DNA from: Halomicronema hongdechloris C2206
GTDB lineage: Bacteria > Cyanobacteriota > Cyanobacteriia > Phormidesmidales > Phormidesmidaceae
DNA length: 32,000 bases
Assembly (NCBI RefSeq): GCF_002075285.3
Contig: NZ_CP021983.2
Location: 4,950,001 to 4,982,000, forward strand
Direction of reading: 5' to 3'
Shown here: positions 6,601 through 13,088 of the stretch, piece after piece
Layout of the letters: every line of letters starts with the position of its first letter
How positions within the stretch are numbered: the stretch's first letter is position 1
Made by a program: the position numbers and the translations under genes
The notes under the pieces: model-generated
Databases searched by the model: none
What the model saw: only the letters and a program-made list of their open reading frames with translations
What the model was told of the DNA's origin: nothing

Positions 6601-8477
6601 TGATTACCGACATTAGCGATCTCAAACAGGCCGAAGCCGCACTCAAGGCCAGCCGGGCTTACTATCAGGGCATCGTCTCTGACCAGACAGAACTGATCTG
6701 CCGCTTCTTGCCCGACGGCATCCTCACCTTTGTCAACGATGCCTACTGCCAGTTTTTCCAGAAGTCGCCGGAAGACCTCTTGGGCCGTAGCTTTACCCCC
6801 CTCATACCTGCCGAGGACAAAGAGATTGCCTTACAAACCTTCAACAGCCTGTCCGTAGACAACCCGGTCGTCACCTGTGAACATCGCGTGATTGCGCCGG
6901 ATGGCTCCATCCGCTGGCAACAGTGGACCGATCGCGCCCTAGTTGACCCAGACGGCAACTTCATTGAATTCCAGGCAGTCGGTCGAGACATTACTGCCCT
7001 GAAAGAAGCAGAAGCCGACATCAAGCGCCATCTCACCGCGATTGAGGCTGCCATCGACGGCATCAGCATTTTGCGAGATGGCCATTATAGTTATCTGAAC
7101 CAGTCCCAGTTAACCCTATTCGGTTATTCCCAAGCCGAGGATCTGTTGGGCCAATCCTGGCAGGTGCTCTACCCCGCTCAGGAAGTTCGCCGGTTCCAAA
7201 AAGAGGTGCTGCCCCAGGTGAAGCAACACGGGTTCTGGCACGGTGAAGCCACAGGGAAACGACGGGACAACACCCTTTTCCCCGTGGAGGTATCGCTGAC
7301 CCTGACCCCTACCGGCGATATCATCCGAGTTTGTCGGGATATCAGCGATCGCAAGCAGGCAGAAGATCATCTCCGCCAGATGTCTGTTCGTTTGAATCTG
7401 GCGGTGAAGTCTGCGGCCATGGGCATCTGGGATTGGGATGTTACCCACAACATCCTCACCTGGGATCAACAAATGTATGAACTCTATGGCATTACCCCCG
7501 AGCAGTTTACCAATGTCTATGAAGCCTGGTCTAGTAGTGTCCATCCCGACGATCTCGCGGCGGCAGAAACGGCGGTTCAGCAAGCCCTGCGCGGTGAAAA
7601 AGACTTTGACCAAGACTTTCGAGTGATTCATCCCGATGGCACCATCCGCTTCATCAAAGCTAATGCCCTGGTGCAGCGCAATCGCCACGGTGACCCTGAA
7701 TGGATGATCGGGATTAACTATGACATTACCGCTCGCAAACGCACTGAAGCCCAAATCCAAGAGTATGCCACCCAACTAGAGTCCTCTAACCGAGAATTGG
7801 AAGCCTTTGCCTACTCGGTTTCCCATGACCTGCGGGCTCCTCTGCGGGCGATCGATGGCTTTAGCAAAGCCTTACTCGAAGATTACGGAGACACTTTCGA
7901 TGAAGAGGGCCAAGATTACTTCGATCGGATTCGCAAAAATGTCACCCGCATGGGCATGTTAATCGATGATTTGCTGAGCTTATCGCGGGTCTCTCGCTAC
8001 GAAATCCGGCATACCACGGTCAACCTCAGTACCCTGGCTCAAGAGCTGATGGCTGAATTGCAAGCATCGGAGCCAGAGCGGCCCGTCGAGGTTGGGATTG
8101 CCCCCGACGCGATCGTCTCCGCCGATGCCACCCTGATGCGGGTGGTCCTGACGAACCTGTTGCAAAATGCCTGGAAATTTACCAGCCACCATCCCACAGC
8201 CCGAATTGAATTTGGCATGATTTACCCAGACGGACAGCCGGTCTATTTTGTCCGAGACGATGGCGCTGGCTTTGATATGGCCTACTCCAACATGCTGTTT
8301 GGCGTCTTCCAACGATTGCATAATATCCATGAATTTCCCGGCACAGGAATTGGGTTAGCGACGGTTCAAAGAGCGATTCATCGCCATGGGGGACGCGTTT
8401 GGGCAGAGGCAACCGTCGAGCAGGGCGCAACCTTTTATTTCACCCTTCCCAGTACACCGCTCGAGCTAGGAGCATAG
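3657..8477 (+). CDS. Multi-sensor histidine kinase: ethylene-binding-domain-like 3-TM N-terminus, PAS, bilin-type (CBCR-like) GAF, seven further PAS/PAC, HisKA, HATPase_c
   Basis: The ORF is open from GTG 3603; I prefer ATG 3657 (MLDTLLLIPHGHCYLW). The N-terminus aligns by eye to Arabidopsis ETR1 helices 1-3: VVSDALIGIAYYSIPLTLLYFV, WIFLLFSAFIAFCGTTHLMSIWT and TIKALTAAISVYTA. The GAF has ..NDTCLQDY.. and ..DIYTTDMSACHRELL..ILVPLL..LWGLL. Repeated PAS/PAC ends read DI(S/T)(D/E)RK. The H-box is FAYSVSHDLRAPLRAI, and the N/G boxes are LLQNAWKF, DDGAGFD and GTGIGLATV. Confidence 0.93.
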   Translation: MLDTLLLIPHGHCYLWKPNLVGLHVVSDALIGIAYYSIPLTLLYFVQKRKDVPFDWIFLLFSAFIAFCGTTHLMSIWTLWHPAYWVSGTIKALTAAISVYTAIQLIPIVPKALDLPSPAQLEAINHQLQQHVAKREQAERHLRQLSARLNLAVKSAAIGIWDWDMTQDILTWDKRMYELYGLIPECFTPAYGAWSSCLHPDDRRAAEMAAQQALQGEKDFDQDFRVVHPDGSIHYIKANALVQRDPHGDPQRMIGVSYDITDRKQAEQQLQQLNQALEAKVEERTRELQALARREQLSANIATQIRSSLDLQVILETAVREIRSLLQCARVNIWRFDADGQTMVVAESTDSSLSLVGERVNDTCLQDYTALYRQGRVRIVPDIYTTDMSACHRELLIRSQIRAKILVPLLCGDELWGLLHVSESQHPRDWQPEEVELLQALSVQLGIALQQATIHQQLQAELNERQQTEARLRASEQRYITLAAAVPVGIYRTDAAGNCLYVNDRLGQITGLAPEATMGQGWRQGLHPDDRDRVVTEWYQSAQENRPFQLEYRFQHPDGTVRWVYGQSVAEWDADGQVIGYVGTITDISERKRLEAERKQVEAERLQAKQTRKELTLLEQILDIILAGYWDWDIPGNQEYLSLGFKQMFGYADHELPNTPETWQNLIFPQDLPGVLECFNRHVQSRGEVPYVNEVRYRHKDGSTVWVICSSKVIEWDEAGNPLRMIGCHIDISDRKRAEAALISSEARLQYLVSSSPVVIFSCKPNGDYGATFISENVEALLGWNAQDFLADSEFWLNHLHPDDAERVLAGLANLFTGDFYAHEYRLRKGDDTYCWCLAQLRLIRDQAGNPLEMLGYLIDISDRKHTEAALRDSEARLQLITDSIPGCISYTDASQHYRFVNHTYEEWFGCRKEDILERSIAEVLGAEAYQRARQHIERVLSGETVTYENELPYQGRQPRYVSGKLVPEIDSQGRVHGYYALITDISDLKQAEAALKASRAYYQGIVSDQTELICRFLPDGILTFVNDAYCQFFQKSPEDLLGRSFTPLIPAEDKEIALQTFNSLSVDNPVVTCEHRVIAPDGSIRWQQWTDRALVDPDGNFIEFQAVGRDITALKEAEADIKRHLTAIEAAIDGISILRDGHYSYLNQSQLTLFGYSQAEDLLGQSWQVLYPAQEVRRFQKEVLPQVKQHGFWHGEATGKRRDNTLFPVEVSLTLTPTGDIIRVCRDISDRKQAEDHLRQMSVRLNLAVKSAAMGIWDWDVTHNILTWDQQMYELYGITPEQFTNVYEAWSSSVHPDDLAAAETAVQQALRGEKDFDQDFRVIHPDGTIRFIKANALVQRNRHGDPEWMIGINYDITARKRTEAQIQEYATQLESSNRELEAFAYSVSHDLRAPLRAIDGFSKALLEDYGDTFDEEGQDYFDRIRKNVTRMGMLIDDLLSLSRVSRYEIRHTTVNLSTLAQELMAELQASEPERPVEVGIAPDAIVSADATLMRVVLTNLLQNAWKFTSHHPTARIEFGMIYPDGQPVYFVRDDGAGFDMAYSNMLFGVFQRLHNIHEFPGTGIGLATVQRAIHRHGGRVWAEATVEQGATFYFTLPSTPLELGA

Positions 8478-8480
8478 GCG

Positions 8481-8903
8481 ATGGCAACCCCTCGTCCCAT
8501 CTTGTTGGTTGAAGATAACCCCGACGATGAACGACTGACCCTGCGGGCACTACGACAGGGTAAGGTGACAAACCCCATTCAGGTTGCTAGGAATGGTGAA
8601 GAGGCATTGACAGTGCTATTTTCGGCTGATCCGCTACCCACTGTCGTGTTGCTGGACTTAAAGCTCCCCAAAATTGATGGATTGGAGGTTTTGCGACGCA
8701 TCCGAGGCCATGACCGCACTCGACTGCTGCCGGTGGTTGTGCTCACCTCCTCCAGCGAAGAGCGGGACATTGTTGAAAGCTATAGCCTGGGGGCCAATAG
8801 TTATGTGCGGAAGCCGGTTGATTTTGATCAATTCACCAACGCCATCTCTCAACTCGGGTTGTATTGGGTGCTGATTAATGAGCCATTACCGGAAAGCTTG
8901 TAA
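8481..8903 (+). CDS. Single-domain CheY-like response regulator (Rcp1-like)
   Basis: ILLVEDNPDDERLTL.., VVLLDLKLPKIDGLEVL, VVVLTSSSEE and YVRKPVDFDQF are REC-domain hallmarks. The start lies 3 nt after the kinase stop. Confidence 0.92.
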   Translation: MATPRPILLVEDNPDDERLTLRALRQGKVTNPIQVARNGEEALTVLFSADPLPTVVLLDLKLPKIDGLEVLRRIRGHDRTRLLPVVVLTSSSEERDIVESYSLGANSYVRKPVDFDQFTNAISQLGLYWVLINEPLPESL

Positions 8904-8905
8904 TC

Positions 8906-10996
8906 ATGAGTGACTCACTCCGTGTTCTGATCGTGGAAGATGCAGAGGACGATGCGCTGCTAGTGTTGCGAGAATTACGTCGTGGTAATTTCGATCTGGT
9001 TTGGGAACGGGTGCAAACAGCTGAGTCGCTCCGCACCCTGCTGACGACCCGGGCCTGGGACGTGATCATTTCAGATTACCGCTTACCCGGATTTGACGCC
9101 CCTGCGGCCCTGGAAATTGTCAAACAAAGCCAACTCGACATTCCCTTCATTATGGTTTCGGGCACCATTGGTGAGCGCTCGGCGGTGGAAATCATGAAGG
9201 CCGGTGCCCACGATTACCTGATGAAGGACAACTTAGTCCGATTACCCGAGGCGGTGCGGCGCGAATTGCGGGATGCTCAAATTCGGGCAGAGCGCAAACA
9301 AGCTGAAGTTGCCCTGAGACGGCAACTGGCGGCGATCGAGGCGGCGATCGATGGCATCGGTATTCTGCAAGGAGACACGTATCTCTATCTCAACCAAGCC
9401 TATCTCAACCTCTTTGGCTACGACCACGCTGAAGAGCTGGTGGGCAAAACCTGGAGACTGTGTTATTCCCAAGTGGAGATAGACCGGTTTGAGCAGGAAG
9501 TCTTTCCAGTGCTGGATCGCGATCGCGCCTGGCAGGGAGAAGCGATCGCCACTCGCAAAGATGGCTCTACCTTTGCCCAGGGCGTGTCCCTCACCCTCAC
9601 CGAGGATGGATTATTGATTTCTGTCTGTCGTGATATTAGCGACCTCAAACAGGCCCAGGAGATGCTGATCTATATCGCGTTGCACGATCCCCTGACCGGG
9701 TTACCGAACCGAAAACTATTGATAGAGCGACTTGAATTGGCCATTAACCGAGCCAGGCGTCTTGAGAACTACCATTATGCGGTCTTATTTCTGGATCTAG
9801 ATCGATTCAAAGTGATCAATGATAGTTTGGGGCACTCGGTTGGCGACCAGCTCCTGATCGCCATTGCCCAACGACTAAAAGTGCATGTAAGAGACATTGA
9901 CTTAGTGGCTCGACTGGGGGGTGACGAGTTTGTGATTCTGCTAGAGGAGATCAGTGGTCCTGAAGACGTGATTCAAATTTCCGAACGTATCCTGGCAGAT
10001 TTTCAAACGCCGTTCATCATCCATGACTATGAAATCTTTACCAGTTTCAGTATTGGTATTGTTCTGGGAACCCAGGATTACCATCAGACTTCCGATTTAA
10101 TGCGCGATGCCGACATTGCCATGTATCGAGCTAAGGCACAACAGAACAACTCGTATAAGTTTTTCGATGCAGCGATGCATACTCAAGCGCTGAACCGCCT
10201 CACCCTCGAAACGGATCTGCGCAAAGCGCTCAACCAACAAGAATTTGTGGTTTACTATCAACCCATTTTTGATTTGTTCAATCATCGACTGTTTGGATTT
10301 GAGGCTTTAGTTCGCTGGCAACACCCGACGCGTGGGTTCATTTCTCCAGATGAATTTATTTCTATTGCCGAAGAGACGGGGTTCATTGTACCCCTGGATA
10401 ATTGGGTGCTTTATAACGCTTGCCAGCAAATAGCCAGTTGGGAAAACCAATTTGCCAATGGGTCCTCCTTCAAAATCAGTATCAACCTTTCTGCACAAGA
10501 TCTTCGCAAGGTGAATTTGATTCAGGATGTTGATGACATATTGGCTGATACTGGATTAGCGGGTCACTCGCTCACCTTAGAGATTACCGAGAGTCTGTTG
10601 ATTGAGAACATCGATCAGACCATTGATTTATTAGTTCAGTTGGCGTCGAGAAACATTCAGATCAGCATTGATGACTTTGGCACAGGGTATTCCTCCCTGG
10701 GTTATCTACACCGTTTTCCAGTGAATAACCTGAAAATCGATCGCTCTTTTGTGGATCAAATTCAATCAGAAAGTCGCGAATATCATGTCGTCGATACGAT
10801 TATTGCCCTCGGTCAGCACCTCGGTCTATCGGTGATTGCAGAAGGCGTTGAAACAACTCAACAGCTTGAATGGCTACAACAACTCCGTTGCGAGTTTGGG
10901 CAAGGCTATCTATTTTCTAAACCCCTAGCAGCAGCTGAAATTGAAAGACGTTATCTCGCCAGACTAGAGGAAACGTATAACTCAAATGAGGGATAA
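8906..10996 (+). CDS. Response regulator with REC-PAS-GGDEF-EAL architecture (c-di-GMP synthesis/hydrolysis)
   Basis: REC: VLIVEDAEDD, DVIISDYRLPG, DYLMK. The PAS domain spans aa 141-251. GGDEF: RLGGDEFVILL, with RDID five residues upstream (an RxxD I-site). EAL: FEALVRW, EITES, DDFGTGYSSL, KIDRSF, EGVET, QGYLFSKP. The start lies 2 nt after the upstream stop. Confidence 0.93.
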   Translation: MSDSLRVLIVEDAEDDALLVLRELRRGNFDLVWERVQTAESLRTLLTTRAWDVIISDYRLPGFDAPAALEIVKQSQLDIPFIMVSGTIGERSAVEIMKAGAHDYLMKDNLVRLPEAVRRELRDAQIRAERKQAEVALRRQLAAIEAAIDGIGILQGDTYLYLNQAYLNLFGYDHAEELVGKTWRLCYSQVEIDRFEQEVFPVLDRDRAWQGEAIATRKDGSTFAQGVSLTLTEDGLLISVCRDISDLKQAQEMLIYIALHDPLTGLPNRKLLIERLELAINRARRLENYHYAVLFLDLDRFKVINDSLGHSVGDQLLIAIAQRLKVHVRDIDLVARLGGDEFVILLEEISGPEDVIQISERILADFQTPFIIHDYEIFTSFSIGIVLGTQDYHQTSDLMRDADIAMYRAKAQQNNSYKFFDAAMHTQALNRLTLETDLRKALNQQEFVVYYQPIFDLFNHRLFGFEALVRWQHPTRGFISPDEFISIAEETGFIVPLDNWVLYNACQQIASWENQFANGSSFKISINLSAQDLRKVNLIQDVDDILADTGLAGHSLTLEITESLLIENIDQTIDLLVQLASRNIQISIDDFGTGYSSLGYLHRFPVNNLKIDRSFVDQIQSESREYHVVDTIIALGQHLGLSVIAEGVETTQQLEWLQQLRCEFGQGYLFSKPLAAAEIERRYLARLEETYNSNEG

Positions 10997-11062
10997 GAGG
11001 GGCGTATCCACGAGGTAGGGGAGTACAAATGTCACCCGGCATTATCCAGTCCGCTCCTCGAT

Positions 11063-11222
11063 GTCATTCCCGTACTCGCTTAGCGTGGCCGGAGGCCGTA
11101 AAACGGGAATCCACTGACCGATAGGTTGCCGCTCTGGATTCCCGCCGGCGCGGGAATGACTCCTCACTTCTCACTTCTCCCTCCTCCCTTCTCCCCTGGA
11201 CTCCCGCCGGCGCGGGAATGAC
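11063..11222. repeat. Cluster of three hairpin-repeat units of the GTCATTCCCG..CGGGAAT family plus a pyrimidine-rich tract
   Basis: Stems are ATTCCCGT (11066..11073) / ACGGGAAT (11103..11110), ATTCCCGC (11138..11145) / GCGGGAAT (11150..11157), and a third unit GGACTCCCGCCGGCGCGGGAATGAC (11198..11222). TCCTCACTTCTCACTTCTCCCTCCTCCC lies between the second and third units. Confidence 0.85.
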
Positions 11223-11407
11223 ACCGGGATCATTTTTGTTCGCGAGCCCCTTAATTCTCACACCTGTCATGTCGTCTGTCTTTCAGACAAGCTGTGCCCT
11301 AGCATCAGCCATGCCCCTTGGGCTATACGCGTCAGCGGCTCCAGAGGAACAACGAAGCGGATGAGCAACGCCACACCCAGGCTTTGCAATCTACTGATTT
11401 TCGATAT

Positions 11408-11501
11408 TACCTTGGTAGGGATTGGGATAGTCCAGGCGGTCAAGAATACCTTAGTCCTGGCTGCTGTCCAGTCAATGAGCTACAGAGGGGATTTGTCAAC
11501 T
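11408..11501. repeat. Conserved ~95-nt non-coding element, copy 2 (partner 3439..3538)
   Basis: See copy 1: same block order and orientation. Confidence 0.7.
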
Positions 11502-11513
11502 GGTTGGAAGTAG

Positions 11514-11650
11514 GTAGGGTGGGCAAAATCAGGATAGATAACCCTCGCTGGTGCCTGTAAGCTTTGTTTGCCCACCAATTTTTTCAGCGGTGGGCATTGT
11601 AGCTTGAGTGCGGGTTAGCAAAGATTTCGGACAAGAAATGCCCACCCTAC
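11514..11650. repeat. MITE-like structured element: two tandem long hairpins with GGTGGGCA(A/T)(A/T) stems, bounded by a 12-bp inverted repeat
   Basis: GTAGGGTGGGCA (11514..11525) is the reverse complement of TGCCCACCCTAC (11639..11650). Hairpin 1 pairs GGTGGGCAAA (11518..11527) with TTTGCCCACC (11567..11576). Hairpin 2 pairs GGTGGGCATT (11589..11598) with AATGCCCACC (11637..11646). Confidence 0.7.
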
Positions 11651-11887
11651 GAACTGCTCATCAACAGTGAGCCAACGGTCTTTATCTGGCAATCTCAACA
11701 GCTCGTCGCCGGCCGCGCCATCATTGCTGGGGAGCAGAGACTAGGCGCAGTCAGTATTGGCCTCTCAACCGCTCCGCTACAGCAGAAAGTTGCTAGGGTC
11801 CGCAACCAAGGCATCGTCATCGCGCTGATTGCAGGGGGGTTAGGGGCGAGTATTGCCGTAGTACTCAGCCGCTCGATCACAACCCCA

Positions 11888-12982
11888 TTGCAGGCTCTCG
11901 TGGTGGCCACCCGCAAGATTGCCCAAGGGGATCTAAATCAGCAGGTGCCGATTCAGAGCCATGATGAGCTGGCCGTCTTGGCCCAGTCCTTTAACGAGAT
12001 GACCAGCCGCTTGCAGCAAACCCTATCCCTACTCCAAGCCCACAAAGACGAGTTAGAGCAGCGGGTACAGGAACGCACCCAAGCGCTGTCCGAGGCCATT
12101 CAGCACCTGCAGCAGACGCAGACCCAATTGGTTCAAAGCGAGAAAATGTCTAGTCTGGGCCAATTAGTCGCTGGTGTCGCCCACGAAATCAACAATCCAG
12201 CTAGTTTCATCCACGGCAATCTCACCTACGCCTCTACCTACATCCAAGATCTGCTGGATATTATCACCCTTTACCAACAGCACTACCCAAATCCCCCAGC
12301 CGGCCTGCAAGAAGCCATTGATGCAGTTGATTTGGCGTTTATTCAAAGTGATTTGCCGAAGTTACTGCAATCTATGCAGGTGGGCTCTGATCGCATCAAT
12401 GAGATTGTCCGCTCCCTGCGAACGTTTTCCCGCCTGGAAGAGGGGGACTTTAAGCCTGCTGACATCCACGACGGGATTGACAGCACGCTGATGATTTTGA
12501 AGCATCGCCTGAAGATGGCCACTGGCAACGGCATCCAGGTGGTCAAACACTACGCTCCCCTAGATCCTATCGATTGCCGCCTGGGGCAACTGAATCAGGT
12601 GTTCATGAATATTCTCACCAATGCCATCGACGCCTTGCAGGACCAAGGGGCGGCGCCGTCGAGCCCGTCTCAGCAGCCTCCCACCATTGAGATTCGCACC
12701 CGATCCCTGTCTCCCGACTGGATCGCTATTCATATTTTCAACAACGGCCCCAGTATCGACACCGAGATTCACTCCAAGCTGTTCGATCCTTTCTTCACCA
12801 CGAAATCGGTTGGGCAAGGGACCGGCCTGGGGCTCTCCATTAGCTACCAAATCGTGACTGAGCATCACCGGGGGCGCCTCTATTGCCATTCCAAGGCTAA
12901 TTGGGGAACCGAATTCATCCTCGAGTTGCCCACCCATCATCCCGACGAGACCATGCCGGACTTGGCGGCAGCAGATCACTGA
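11888..12982 (+). CDS. Histidine kinase (HAMP remnant-HisKA-HATPase_c) lacking its N-terminal sensor/TM1 region; possibly a pseudogene
   Basis: H-box LVAGVAHEINNPASF; the N/G boxes are as in copy A. The frame is open from 11603 and encodes a sensor-domain end plus TM2 (..GAVSIGLSTAPLQQKVARVRNQGIVIALIAGGLGASIAVVLSRSITTPLQ). There is no ATG/GTG/TTG before TTG 11888, which lies inside the HAMP region. Confidence 0.65.
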   Translation: MQALVVATRKIAQGDLNQQVPIQSHDELAVLAQSFNEMTSRLQQTLSLLQAHKDELEQRVQERTQALSEAIQHLQQTQTQLVQSEKMSSLGQLVAGVAHEINNPASFIHGNLTYASTYIQDLLDIITLYQQHYPNPPAGLQEAIDAVDLAFIQSDLPKLLQSMQVGSDRINEIVRSLRTFSRLEEGDFKPADIHDGIDSTLMILKHRLKMATGNGIQVVKHYAPLDPIDCRLGQLNQVFMNILTNAIDALQDQGAAPSSPSQQPPTIEIRTRSLSPDWIAIHIFNNGPSIDTEIHSKLFDPFFTTKSVGQGTGLGLSISYQIVTEHHRGRLYCHSKANWGTEFILELPTHHPDETMPDLAAADH

Positions 12983-13003
12983 GCGGCCGCGACTCAGGGC
13001 TGG
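12280..13003. repeat. Copy B of the ~720-bp near-identical duplication (partner 1..724)
   Basis: See copy A. Confidence 0.95.
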
Positions 13004-13088
13004 ATGGAAGCCTTTACGACAAGCTCACGATGAGCAGTTCATCTAGAATAGAGCCTTGCCATAATCGTCCCAGCAGTCTCCCAGGCAC

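Noticed and set aside
4017-7775. Two mutually similar antisense ORFs inside the large kinase (4017..4481 and 7116..7775, minus strand)
   Set aside because: They lie opposite the duplicated PAS1/PAS8 segments, so their similarity is a mirror of that duplication. The sense frame has clear domain content.
11318-11560. 80-aa ORF in the repeat-rich gap before the truncated kinase
   Set aside because: It spans the conserved 95-nt non-coding element and part of the double-hairpin element. Its composition is non-coding-like, and it is closed by stops that also interrupt the kinase frame.
1-13003. Tandem segmental duplication with a 12,279-bp period
   Set aside because: Only the kinase 3' portion matches. 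Sequence downstream of copy A (725 onward) is unrelated to sequence downstream of copy B (13004 onward).
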